A stretch of 32,000 nucleotides of DNA, taken from NCBI RefSeq assembly GCF_002201895.1, contig NZ_CP019436.1:759619-791618 (forward strand). The letters are read 5' to 3'. How positions within the stretch are numbered: the stretch's first letter is position 1; each line of letters opens with the position of its first letter. The notes under the pieces are model-generated. The model did no database searches. It was not told the DNA's origin and worked only from the letters and a program-made list of their open reading frames with translations. This document shows positions 15,980 through 24,469 of this stretch, one piece after another. The stretch comes from Methanopyrus sp. SNP6 (GTDB lineage: Archaea > JAADCQ01 > Methanopyri > Methanopyrales > Methanopyraceae). Position numbers and translations under genes: made by a program.

Positions 15980-17854
15980 GTGAGACTGCTGTTCATTCAC
16001 GCGGACGAGATGTCGTTCGAGGCGAGGCAGAAGACTAAGATCGCCGAAGAAGAGCCGCCTATCAAGGAGGCGGAAGTTGAGGACTGTATGGTTGTTTTCG
16101 CAGCGGTCCAGGAGGCTGATGAAGAGAATCCAGAGGCTATCGCCGAAGCGGCCGTAGAGGAGATCGAAGACGTCGCTGGTAAATTGAAGGTCGATAGGAT
16201 AGTCTTGTACCCGTACGCTCATTTAGCCGACGATCTCGCTTCTCCGGACGTTGCCGTCGAGGTTCTGAAGAGGATGGAGGGCCTCCTGAAGGAGCGCGGA
16301 TATGAAGTCGTGAGAGCCCCATTCGGATGGTACAAGGCGTTCCGGTTGGCGTGCAAGGGACACCCACTTTCTGAGCTCTCCAGGACGGTAACACCAGAGG
16401 TCGCAGAGGAAGTCGAGGAGGGGAAGATCGAGTCCGAGTTCTTGATGTATATGGACGGGGAACTGATACCGGTAGAAGAAGTGGATCTCTCGGAACTTCC
16501 CGAGGACTTCAGGCACCTGGTGGTGAACGAGCTAGGCGAAGAGCGTGAAGTGAGCGACAGGGAACCCGCACACGTGAAGCTGATACGGGAGAAGGGAATC
16601 TGCGACCACGAGCCGGCAGCGGACGTTGGACACGTGCGTTGGTACCCGAAGGGTCATGTGGTCAGGAGATGCCTGGCGGAGTACGTGGAGAACCTCATCG
16701 CCGATCTAGGAGCGGCAGTCGTCGAGACACCCGTGATGTACGATCTGAGCGAGGACGCTATCCGAGAGCACGCCGACAAATTCGGGGAACGACAGTATCG
16801 GATGAGGGTCGGAAACCGGGCATTGATGCTGAGGTACGCGGCCTGCTTCGGAGCCTTCAGGCTACTGGCGGACACCACGCTCAGCCGGCGTCATCTACCC
16901 CTGAAGATCTACGAGCTATCACAAAGCTTCAGGTTGGAGCAGAGTGGCGAGGTGGTCGGGCTGAAGCGGTTACGGGCGTTCACTATGCCCGATCTCCATA
17001 CTGTTTGCGCTGACATGGATGAGGCCGTAGAAGAGTTCCTCGAACAAGCGGAATTATGCTTGGAGGTAGGACTGGATCTCGGGCTGGAGTACGAAGTGGT
17101 GTTCAGGACCACGGAGAAGTTCCTGGAGGAGAGGAAGGAAGTCTTGGAGAAACTGTCCGAGGCCGTGGAAAAGGCGTACGGTGACGCGAAGCCCATACTA
17201 GTGGAGGTACTGCCAGAACGTAAACACTACTGGGAATGTAAGGTGGATTTCGCGTTCATTGATAGCCTCGGCAGACCCATCGAGAACCCGACTGTACAAA
17301 TCGACGTCGAGAGTGGGAGGCGCTTCGGAGTCACGTACGCGGATGAGTCGGGTGATGAACGTCATCCAGTGATATTACACTGCTCACCGACTGGGAGCCT
17401 TGAACGCGTAATATGCGCGATCCTCGAGAACCAGTACAAGCGGTTCAAGCAGGAGGGTAAGCTGCCGACTCTACCGACGTGGCTGTCACCGATACAGGTG
17501 CGTGTGATCCCAGTCTCGAAGAAAGTGCTAGAGGAAGCGGAAAAAGTCTTCGAAGCGCTGAAAAATGAGGGGTTCCGGGTCGACCTAGATGATCGCGATG
17601 AGCCGGTGGGACGTAAGATCCGGGACGCGGGTGAAGAGTGGATACCGTACGTCGTCGTTATCGGTGAGGAGGAAGTGAAGAAAGGCACGCTCTCGGTGAC
17701 GATACGAGAGGAATCCACGCTGAAAGAACAGCGGCGTGAGGAGATGACGTTAGATGAGCTCGTGGAGCGGTTGAAGCGCGAAACGGCCGGTAAACCGAGG
17801 GTCCCACTGGCGATGCCGGACCGCCTCAGCCGGCGTCCGCGGTTCGGCAGGTAA
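15980..17854 (+). CDS. thrS: Threonyl-tRNA synthetase, archaeal type with N-terminal editing domain
   Basis: 624 aa. It begins MRLLFIHADEMSFEA (archaeal editing domain) and has a class II core (RLRAFTMPDLH, ILHCSPTGSLERV). The anticodon-binding domain follows (PIQVRVIPVS..). Confidence 0.95.
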   Translation: MRLLFIHADEMSFEARQKTKIAEEEPPIKEAEVEDCMVVFAAVQEADEENPEAIAEAAVEEIEDVAGKLKVDRIVLYPYAHLADDLASPDVAVEVLKRMEGLLKERGYEVVRAPFGWYKAFRLACKGHPLSELSRTVTPEVAEEVEEGKIESEFLMYMDGELIPVEEVDLSELPEDFRHLVVNELGEEREVSDREPAHVKLIREKGICDHEPAADVGHVRWYPKGHVVRRCLAEYVENLIADLGAAVVETPVMYDLSEDAIREHADKFGERQYRMRVGNRALMLRYAACFGAFRLLADTTLSRRHLPLKIYELSQSFRLEQSGEVVGLKRLRAFTMPDLHTVCADMDEAVEEFLEQAELCLEVGLDLGLEYEVVFRTTEKFLEERKEVLEKLSEAVEKAYGDAKPILVEVLPERKHYWECKVDFAFIDSLGRPIENPTVQIDVESGRRFGVTYADESGDERHPVILHCSPTGSLERVICAILENQYKRFKQEGKLPTLPTWLSPIQVRVIPVSKKVLEEAEKVFEALKNEGFRVDLDDRDEPVGRKIRDAGEEWIPYVVVIGEEEVKKGTLSVTIREESTLKEQRREEMTLDELVERLKRETAGKPRVPLAMPDRLSRRPRFGR

Positions 17855-17855
17855 C

Positions 17856-18350
17856 TCACGTCTCCCTCTCCATCGCCACAACACCCGTCCTGGCGATTTC
17901 GACGATGTTGCCGATATCCTTCATAAGCTCGAGGAGAGACTCAACACTCCGCGGCTCCCCCACGATCTCTACTGTGATGGTCTCACGACCCACATCGACT
18001 ACTTCGGCGCCCGCGGCTCGAGCCAACTCGGCGGCCCTCGCACGGTCCTTCGTTCTGATCTTGACCAATGCTAACTGCCGCTCCACAGTGCGTTCTGGGT
18101 CCAACTCCGAGACCTTGATAACGTCGACGAGCTTGTTGAGCTGCTTCACTACTTGTTCGATCGTTTGGTCGTCCCCTTTCACCGTGAGCGTCATTCTGGC
18201 CAACCCTTCCCGCTCTGATGGGCCCTCGGCGATAGAGTCGATGTTGAACCCGCGTCTCCTGAAAAGTCCAGACACACGTTGCATGACACCGGGCCGGTCC
18301 TTCACGAGCACCGAGAGTACGCGACGCTTGGACAACCTCAAGTCCCCCAA
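17856..18350 (-). CDS. ilvH: Acetolactate synthase small (regulatory, ACT-domain) subunit
   Basis: 164 aa with VLSVLVKDRPGVMQRVSGLFRRRGFNIDSIAEGPSE..ARMTLTV, followed by the ACT-like C-terminal domain. TTG start. Confidence 0.9.
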   Translation of the reverse strand: MGDLRLSKRRVLSVLVKDRPGVMQRVSGLFRRRGFNIDSIAEGPSEREGLARMTLTVKGDDQTIEQVVKQLNKLVDVIKVSELDPERTVERQLALVKIRTKDRARAAELARAAGAEVVDVGRETITVEIVGEPRSVESLLELMKDIGNIVEIARTGVVAMERET

Positions 18351-18500
18351 TTAATTAGCAGGTGTGTGCTTATTTCTCGGACAGTTCCCATCCAAGGATA
18401 GGGATGATGGAGGCCCTCCCTAGCCGAGGAACCGATGAGGATCCAGCCCTTTCGCCGACCCCGACAGTGAAATGTTATCCGGAGGAGCGGGGGGACTCGA

Positions 18501-19274
18501 TTGAAGAAACCCGTCGACGCTCATTGTCATCTTTGCTTCGAACACTTCAAAGGCGAGGAAGACGAAGTGGTGGAACGGTCACGGAAGAAGGTGTTACGTG
18601 TGTACGATTGCGGGGCTACTCCTGGAACCGCACGGCGGACCCTAGAGTTAGCGGAAAGATTCGAGGGGTTCGTGTTCCCCACGATCGGACTCCATCCTCC
18701 ACGAGCGCCGAGGATGCAGCAAAGCGTCATCGATGACGTGGTCCGAATTATCCGTGAGCATACCGATAGGATTGCGGCAATCGGAGAGATAGGTCTTGAC
18801 TATTACTACGTGAAGGAACCAGGAGAGCGCAGGAAGATGCGAGAGATCTTCGAGAGGTTTCTGAAGCTCGCGGAAGAGCTCGACAAGCCGGTAGTGATCC
18901 ACGCCAGGGATGCGGAGGAGCACGCCCTCGAGGTCCTGGAGGGCTACGACGTAGTTGCCATGTTCCACTGCTACGACGGGTCGGCCGAGCTCGCTCGGCG
19001 TATCGCGGACGCCGGCCACTACGTTTCACTGTCGACGATTCACGTCATTCGTGGATCGAAGGATGAGAGAACGCGGGAATTGCTGGAGACGGTACCGTTA
19101 GGAGCGGCGCTTACGGAGACGGACAGTCCGTACCTGTCACCGGTGCGGGGAGAACGCAACGAGCCTCGAAACGTGTGGAGGATAATAGAGCTGCTTGCGC
19201 GAGTGAAAGGAGTTCCCGTCGACGAGGTAGTTGAGACCACAACTCGTAACGCGTTGGAGTTCTACGACCTATGA
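18501..19274 (+). CDS. tatD: TatD-family metal-dependent hydrolase (intact)
   Basis: 257 aa with a TTG start. Motifs are VDAHCHL, IGLHP, AIGEIGLDYYY, VVIHARDA and TETDSPYL. Confidence 0.85.
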   Translation: MKKPVDAHCHLCFEHFKGEEDEVVERSRKKVLRVYDCGATPGTARRTLELAERFEGFVFPTIGLHPPRAPRMQQSVIDDVVRIIREHTDRIAAIGEIGLDYYYVKEPGERRKMREIFERFLKLAEELDKPVVIHARDAEEHALEVLEGYDVVAMFHCYDGSAELARRIADAGHYVSLSTIHVIRGSKDERTRELLETVPLGAALTETDSPYLSPVRGERNEPRNVWRIIELLARVKGVPVDEVVETTTRNALEFYDL

Positions 19275-19277
19275 GGA

Positions 19278-19290
19278 GAAAATTTTAAAT
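19278..19290 (+). promoter_or_regulatory. TATA box of the 5S rRNA gene (AAAATTTTAAATA)
   Basis: This A/T-rich element is centred about 25 nt upstream of the inferred 5S 5' end and begins 4 nt after the tatD stop. Confidence 0.65.
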
Positions 19291-19310
19291 ACAACTCACC
19301 CAGTGCGTAG

Positions 19311-19441
19311 CCGTGGCGGCGGCCACAGCGGCCGGGGCCACACCCGGGCCACATCTCGAACCCGGAAGTTAAGCCCGGCCGCGTCCCGGGTGGTACTGCG
19401 CTCCGAGAGGGCGCGGGAAGCCCGGGATGCCGCCGCCGCTG
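19311..19441 (+). rRNA. rrf: 5S ribosomal RNA
   Basis: It contains the conserved 5S core ..CCACACCCGG..CUCGAACCCGGAAGUUAAGCC..GUACUGCGCUCCGAGAGGGCGCGGGAAGCC... Terminal helix I forms between GUGGCGGCGGC (5') and GCCGCCGCCGC (3'). Ends are good to +/-3 nt. Track ORF 19231..19485 is an artefact of this gene. Confidence 0.9.
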
Positions 19442-19481
19442 CCCAAATTGTTATGAATCTTAAAACGATGGGGGCGAGCCG

Positions 19482-19709
19482 TTGAAGAAGACGAATCTGG
19501 CCGCGCTAGTCTCTGCCGTAGCGCTCCTCGGCGCGTTGGTGTTAGCCTTCGCCGGCGGTCCTAGGTGGCCCGTCGGGGTGTTAGCCCTGATAGTAGGTGG
19601 GTTAGACGTAGTAATCTCGTTCAGACGAGGTGGAGACAGAGTTCTCGGTCTGATGGGGTTCTTACTACTGATGATAGGCATGGCCGTACTAACGGGCAGG
19701 GTGAAATAG
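19482..19709 (+). CDS. Small hydrophobic membrane protein (2-3 predicted TM helices)
   Basis: 75 aa with a TTG start: LAALVSAVALLGALVLAFAG..VGVLALIVGGLDVVISF..LGLMGFLLLMIGMAVL. Its stop lies 1 nt before the amzA start. Confidence 0.5.
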   Translation: MKKTNLAALVSAVALLGALVLAFAGGPRWPVGVLALIVGGLDVVISFRRGGDRVLGLMGFLLLMIGMAVLTGRVK

Positions 19710-19710
19710 C

Positions 19711-20238
19711 TTGAAGTTATGCCTGGTGGCGTTTGACGGAAAGATCCCATTACTCAGCAGTATCGTCGGCAGGTTCGAGGAACACGTATCGGAATACCTG
19801 GACGAGGTAGAGGTGGAAAGGAAACGAGAGAAACTACCCGAACATGCGTACTCAGAAGTGAGGGACCAGTACCTAGCAAGTGCTCTCCTCGATATCTTAC
19901 GCAACGTGAAAGGGGAGTACGACCGTGTCCTAGGATTGACCTCGGAGGATCTCTACGCTCCGGGGCTCAACTTCGTCTTCGGTCAGGCCCGATGCCCAGG
20001 TAGAGAGGCAGTAGTCTCAGTGGCCCGACTGCTGGATCCGAATCCGGACTTATACCTGGAACGTGTCGTAAAGGAGCTTACACACGAGCTCGGACATACC
20101 TTCGGGTTAGGCCACTGCTCGGACCGTAACTGCGTGATGAGCTTCTCTAGTTCATTACTAGAGGTAGACCGCAAATCACCGAACTTCTGTCGAAAATGTG
20201 CCGGGTTGCTTCGAGGAAACTTGAAGCGTGGAGGTTGA
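19711..20238 (+). CDS. amzA: Archaemetzincin (zinc metalloprotease)
   Basis: 175 aa with the diagnostic HELGHTFGLGHCSDRNCVMSF...CRKC signature (HExxHxxGxxHCxxxxCxM...CxxC). Confidence 0.9.
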   Translation: MKLCLVAFDGKIPLLSSIVGRFEEHVSEYLDEVEVERKREKLPEHAYSEVRDQYLASALLDILRNVKGEYDRVLGLTSEDLYAPGLNFVFGQARCPGREAVVSVARLLDPNPDLYLERVVKELTHELGHTFGLGHCSDRNCVMSFSSSLLEVDRKSPNFCRKCAGLLRGNLKRGG

Positions 20239-20253
20239 GCGGGGCACGTAATA

Positions 20254-20754
20254 GTGACCACCGAGTACGTAGACAAAGTGGGACGTAAGGTAGTAGTTCG
20301 GAGGGCTAAGAGGTCTGACATCCCGGAAGTGGTGGAGATAGAAGAGCGTGCGTTCCCGAAATCACCGTATCCGACGTACGTCTTCCTTTATAACTTGAGT
20401 AACAATCCGGAAGGATTCTTGGTGGCTGAGGTTGAGGGTAAGGTGGTGGGGTACGTCATCTTCGAGCTCCGACCGTGGCTCGGTGAGGGCCACATAGTCT
20501 CGATCGCCGTGCATCCTAACTACCGGCGTACCGGGATCGGTACTATTCTCATGAGAGAGGCAGAGTACAAGATAGTAGAAGCCGGGTACAAAACCGTCCG
20601 GCTGGAAGTCAGAGAGTCAAACTTCCCGGCCAGACGTTTCTACGAACGACTGGGTTACAGGGAGGAACGTAGGGAACGCGGTTACTACTCCGACGGAGAG
20701 ACTGCCGTTATCATGGTAAAGAAGCTGAACACCGTCCGGTATCATCGGCGATGA
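20254..20754 (+). CDS. rimI: GNAT N-acetyltransferase, RimI / archaeal N-alpha-acetyltransferase type
   Basis: 166 aa. The acetyl-CoA motif A reads IVSIAVHPNYRRTGIGTILM, followed by LEVRESNFPARRFYERLGY. Confidence 0.8.
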   Translation: MTTEYVDKVGRKVVVRRAKRSDIPEVVEIEERAFPKSPYPTYVFLYNLSNNPEGFLVAEVEGKVVGYVIFELRPWLGEGHIVSIAVHPNYRRTGIGTILMREAEYKIVEAGYKTVRLEVRESNFPARRFYERLGYREERRERGYYSDGETAVIMVKKLNTVRYHRR

Positions 20755-20805
20755 CGTCATAACGGCTCTCGTGGGAGCGGGAATTGTGTGGAGTTTTCGG
20801 CGAGG

Positions 20806-20819
20806 TTAAAACGTTTTAA
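20806..20819. terminator. Perfect 14-nt A/T palindrome TTAAAACGTTTTAA between convergent rimI and tRNA-Arg
   Basis: It presents a T4 tract after a short stem on both strands. It sits 52 nt after the rimI stop and 21 nt after the tRNA 3' end. Confidence 0.4.
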
Positions 20820-20839
20820 ACATTGTAACGATAGCCGTG

Positions 20840-20913
20840 TGGCCCCGCCGGGATTTGAACCCGGGCTACGGGCTCCGCAGGCCCGCGTCCTATCCAGGCT
20901 AGACTGCGGGGCC
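20840..20913 (-). tRNA. tRNA-Arg (anticodon GCG), no intron, CCA not encoded
   Basis: Hand-folded cloverleaf: GGCCCCG-CA-GTCT-AGCCTGGATA-GGAC-G-CGGGC-CTGCGGA-GCCCG-TAGC-CCGGG-TTCAAAT-CCCGG-CGGGGCC-A. All four stems pair. Position 8 is C. Confidence 0.95.
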
Positions 20914-20941
20914 CGCCTCCAAGGCGGGGGATCCCGTCCAG

Positions 20942-20950
20942 TTTAAAAAA
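20942..20950. promoter_or_regulatory. Shared bidirectional TATA element (TTTAAAAAA / TTTTTTAAA) for tRNA-Arg (-) and the gltB-like gene (+)
   Basis: It lies 29-37 nt upstream of the tRNA 5' end on the minus strand. On the plus strand it ends 28 nt before GTG 20978, implying a leaderless or near-leaderless mRNA. Confidence 0.5.
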
Positions 20951-20977
20951 CCTTATGGTGCGGAGCGATCCCGACCG

Positions 20978-22267
20978 GTGAACGCTAAAGTCCCCCCATA
21001 CGGTCGATACCTTCACCGGCTTGTGGGGGGAATTTCTCGGTTGTGGTGGCGCGAACACGTGAAAGAAATACAGAGAAAAGCCGAAACGGGCGAGTATGCT
21101 GTCCGTGGGTTCGGGACGAGCCGTAAAGTGCCACACTTCGACGATTTAGTCATCCTCCCAGCACAAGTTTCGCGACCTCCGATCGACAAGTATCGTGAGC
21201 CATGCAATACCAAAACGGTTCTCGGCGACCGGTTCGCGGAGAAACCATTGAAGTTGGATATCCCGGTGCTGGTTGGTGCCATGTCTTTCGGGGCTCTCAG
21301 CAAAGAGGCAAAAGTCGCGATCGCTCGTGGAACGGCTATGGTCGGAACTGCCACGAACACTGGTGAAGGAGGTATGTTACCAGAGGAGCGAGAAGAAGCG
21401 AAGTGGCTCATCGCCCAATACGCTTCAGGGCGATTCGGAGTCTCAGCGGAGTACTTGAACGCTGCCGACGCTATCGAGATCAAGATCGGACAGGGCGCCA
21501 AGCCCGGCATGGGAGGTCATCTCATGGGAGAGAAGGTGACGAAGGAAATCGCGGAGATAAGGGGCATCCCAGAGGGTTCGGACGCGCTGTCACCGGCCCG
21601 TCATATGGACATAGTCGGACCCGAAGACCTGAAGATGAAGATCGAGCAGCTTCGAGAGATTACGGATTGGGAGATCCCTATCATCGTTAAGTACAGCCCG
21701 GGCCGAGTCAAAGAGGACGTGAAGATCGCGGCCAAGGCCGGGGCTGATATCATAGCGATCGACGGAATGCAAGGAGGTACCGGCGCGTCACCGGAGATCG
21801 CGACCGAAAACGCTGGAATACCCACCATCGCCGCGCTAGTCCAGGCTGTGGAGGCCCTGAACGAGATCGGGATGCGGGACGAAGTCGACATAATCATCTC
21901 TGGCGGCATCCGCGACGGTGCGGACGTCGCCAAGGCGTTGGCTTTGGGCGCCGACGCCGTCTACGTCTGTACTTCGGTCCTGATCGCCATGGGATGTACG
22001 GCGTGCGCTCAGTGCCACTCTGGAAGGTGCCCAGTGGGTATCTGCACTCAGGATCCGGAACTCCGCAAGAAGCTCGATGTCGACGAAGTGGCGGAACGTG
22101 TGGCCAACTACCTTAAGGTGGTGACCGAGGAGTGCAAGATACTGGCACAGTTAGCCGGTAAGACGGACGTACACAACCTCGAAAAAGAGGATCTTAGAGC
22201 ACTCTCGGAGGACGTAGCCCGTATTACCGGCGTGAAGATGGCGGGCTCCGACGTCGAGCTAGCATAG
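20978..22267 (+). CDS. gltB: Archaeal glutamate synthase large-subunit domain 2 (FMN / Fe-S central domain) as a stand-alone protein
   Basis: 429 aa with FGALSKEAKVAIARG..NTGEGG, IKIGQGAKPGMGGHL, IDGMQGGTGASP and the C-terminal Cys cluster GCTACAQCHSGRCPVGIC. The start could be a few codons downstream. Confidence 0.85.
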   Translation: MNAKVPPYGRYLHRLVGGISRLWWREHVKEIQRKAETGEYAVRGFGTSRKVPHFDDLVILPAQVSRPPIDKYREPCNTKTVLGDRFAEKPLKLDIPVLVGAMSFGALSKEAKVAIARGTAMVGTATNTGEGGMLPEEREEAKWLIAQYASGRFGVSAEYLNAADAIEIKIGQGAKPGMGGHLMGEKVTKEIAEIRGIPEGSDALSPARHMDIVGPEDLKMKIEQLREITDWEIPIIVKYSPGRVKEDVKIAAKAGADIIAIDGMQGGTGASPEIATENAGIPTIAALVQAVEALNEIGMRDEVDIIISGGIRDGADVAKALALGADAVYVCTSVLIAMGCTACAQCHSGRCPVGICTQDPELRKKLDVDEVAERVANYLKVVTEECKILAQLAGKTDVHNLEKEDLRALSEDVARITGVKMAGSDVELA

Positions 22268-22281
22268 GGGCCTCTCCCCGT

Positions 22282-22845
22282 TTGATCCTTATAGTCGACA
22301 ACCACGGCCAATACGTGCACCTGATCCGCAAGAACTTCGACTACATGGGTGTTCCCGCCGAGATCATCCCTAATACCACTGACCCAGAAGACGTCCGCGA
22401 ACGTGCCAGCGGTGTGGTGATCAGCGGAGGACCATCCCGTGAGCTGGCGGGTAACTCCCAAGAGATTATCGAGGAACTGGCAGGAGAAGTACCTATACTG
22501 GGAATCTGCTTGGGGCACCAGCTCATGGCCGAGGTTTTCGGAGGGAAGGTGGATTGGGCTGCGGGTCGTGAGGAATACGCCAGAACGGAAGTAGAGATAC
22601 TGGACCACGAAGGCATCTTCGAAGGCTTACCGGATAAAATCGTGGCTTGGGCTTCGCACCGAGACGAGGTGAAGGAGGTCCCCGACGAGTTCGTCGTGAC
22701 AGCCCGTTCCGACAGATGCGACGTAGAGGCGATGCGCCACGAGGAGGTACCTTTATATGGCGTCCAGTTCCACCCAGAGCTGAAGTTCACCGAGTACGGA
22801 ATGGATATACTGAAGAACTTCGCGGAAATCTGTTCACGAGGATGA
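22282..22845 (+). CDS. guaAA: GMP synthase, glutamine amidotransferase subunit A (split archaeal GuaA)
   Basis: 187 aa. It has the class I GATase triad context ILGICLGHQLM and GVQFHPE, and begins MILIVDNHGQY. Confidence 0.85.
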   Translation: MILIVDNHGQYVHLIRKNFDYMGVPAEIIPNTTDPEDVRERASGVVISGGPSRELAGNSQEIIEELAGEVPILGICLGHQLMAEVFGGKVDWAAGREEYARTEVEILDHEGIFEGLPDKIVAWASHRDEVKEVPDEFVVTARSDRCDVEAMRHEEVPLYGVQFHPELKFTEYGMDILKNFAEICSRG

Positions 22846-22851
22846 CAAGGG

Positions 22852-22868
22852 GGAGCGCAACACGCTCC
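22852..22868 (+). terminator. GC hairpin (GGAGCG-CAACA-CGCTCC) immediately after the guaAA stop
   Basis: It has a 6-bp perfect stem and 5-nt loop starting 7 nt after the stop, followed by an A/T-rich stretch. It marks the left edge of the low-GC segment. Confidence 0.35.
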
Positions 22869-22879
22869 AAGAATTAGTA

Positions 22880-23884
22880 TTGTGGTCGTCCGTGCTCGCG
22901 TTCGCTACCGCACTCTGTTGGATAGGTTCGGAATTGTTGGTTTCGAGCCTTATAACGATCGGAGAAACCAGCGGTATCCCAGAAAGTGTACTAGGAGTAC
23001 TGGTCTCGGCTCCTGGCACCTCGCTCCCGGAATTCGGATCCTCACTTGTAGCTACTCTCGCAGAACACAAACCTGACGTAGGCGTCGGATGTGTTGTGGG
23101 TTCAAACGTATATAACTTATGTGGGATTTTAGGGATAGCGACTTTAGTAACGGTCATGAAGACTAAGACTCCGATTGAAGTTTCTAGATATCCAGTAATC
23201 GACGCGGTAGTATCAGCAGGAGTTATAGCGATGCTCATTGCAATGACTATTGACGGCATGATAACTAAATGGGATGGCGTATTGTTCTTCGTTATTTATT
23301 GCATATACGCATATGCTCTTATAAAGCATGGCAAAACGCACGGGGAGGAGAATAAGGAAGCAGAAAGGAAAGAAAGGTACGAACAGCACACAAAAGACGC
23401 AGGCGTATCTGTAGTAATGAGCCTGGACTCTCGTAGTAAGTTTAAAGTGGTGACAAAACTTGTAGTGGGAATAGGGTTGTTCGCAATCTCTGTGAGATTG
23501 CTTGTAAAAGCAACTATAAAGCTTTCCATAATTCTTGGATACCCATCGGCTCTCTTAGGTTACACCATATTGGCTATCGCTACCTCACTTCCGGAAACAT
23601 TTACCACGATTAGCGCCGCTGTTAAGGGTCACGGCGACCTAGCTGTAACCAACATATTGGGGAGCAATAACTTCAATATACTCATGGGAATCGGTATTCC
23701 GTCCCTATTCGGTGGTGTTGCCACCACCCTGGCTGATAGACGTCTAACAGTCATCCTTCTGACCGCCACTTTAGCAGCACTCCCCTTCATCTACCGAAGA
23801 CGAATCGGTATACTTTTCTCACTAACTATGTTCGCCTTTTATAGTCTGTTCATCTACTACACTGTTGCATTGATTACTCATTAA
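22880..23884 (+). CDS. Ca2+/Na+ (cation/Ca2+) antiporter, CaCA/YrbG-NCX family
   Basis: 334 aa and polytopic. The two alpha-repeats read SAPGTSLPEFGSSLVAT..GSNVYNL and IATSLPETFTTISAAVKG..GSNNFNI. Confidence 0.85.
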   Translation: MWSSVLAFATALCWIGSELLVSSLITIGETSGIPESVLGVLVSAPGTSLPEFGSSLVATLAEHKPDVGVGCVVGSNVYNLCGILGIATLVTVMKTKTPIEVSRYPVIDAVVSAGVIAMLIAMTIDGMITKWDGVLFFVIYCIYAYALIKHGKTHGEENKEAERKERYEQHTKDAGVSVVMSLDSRSKFKVVTKLVVGIGLFAISVRLLVKATIKLSIILGYPSALLGYTILAIATSLPETFTTISAAVKGHGDLAVTNILGSNNFNILMGIGIPSLFGGVATTLADRRLTVILLTATLAALPFIYRRRIGILFSLTMFAFYSLFIYYTVALITH

Positions 23885-23906
23885 TGTCAGTTAAAAGGGT
23901 GATAAA

Positions 23907-24458
23907 TTGGAAATGGTAGGTGATAACTTGACTGAGCCTACGTATCATGACCATAAGAAACATTCACCTGAAACCCTCCGTCTCGCTATTATGACGGTTA
24001 GTAACAGTAAGTTCGACCAAGCTGCTCGCAATAGACATCCAGATGACCCTTCAGGAGACATCCTGCAACAAAAGCTTGAGGAGACTGATTGTAAAGTCGT
24101 CTACCGTACCTTACTTCCGGATCAATCGGACGTGATCGTCGGTATGGTGAAGTGGTTTGTTGATCGCGTTCATGCTATTGTCATAGTGGGAGGCACTGGC
24201 ATAACGCCAACTGACACTACTATTGAAGCTTTAAAGCGTATCGCTGATAAGCAAGTTCCGGGATTCGGTGAGCTATTTCGTCGTCGATCCGAGAAGGAAA
24301 TAGGAGTCCACGCCGCCCTAACTCGTGCCACGATGTACATAGTCGACAAGACTCCAGTCGCTTGTCTGCCAGGGTCACCGCATGCCGCAGAGCTCGGTGC
24401 CGAGATACTCGTTGAACTCTTACCACATGCTGTCGTTCATAGCCGCGGCGACGCCTAG
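23907..24458 (+). CDS. moaB: Molybdenum cofactor biosynthesis protein B (MoaB/MogA-type molybdopterin adenylyltransferase)
   Basis: 183 aa with IVIVGGTGITPTDTTIEAL, PGFGELFR and LPGSPHAA. Confidence 0.85.
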   Translation: MEMVGDNLTEPTYHDHKKHSPETLRLAIMTVSNSKFDQAARNRHPDDPSGDILQQKLEETDCKVVYRTLLPDQSDVIVGMVKWFVDRVHAIVIVGGTGITPTDTTIEALKRIADKQVPGFGELFRRRSEKEIGVHAALTRATMYIVDKTPVACLPGSPHAAELGAEILVELLPHAVVHSRGDA

Positions 24459-24469
24459 GAGAACTCCTT

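Noticed and set aside
19231-19485. 84-aa ORF spanning the tatD stop to the small membrane protein start
   Set aside because: It is the 5S rRNA gene read as protein, and its composition (R/S/A/G runs) is non-protein-like.
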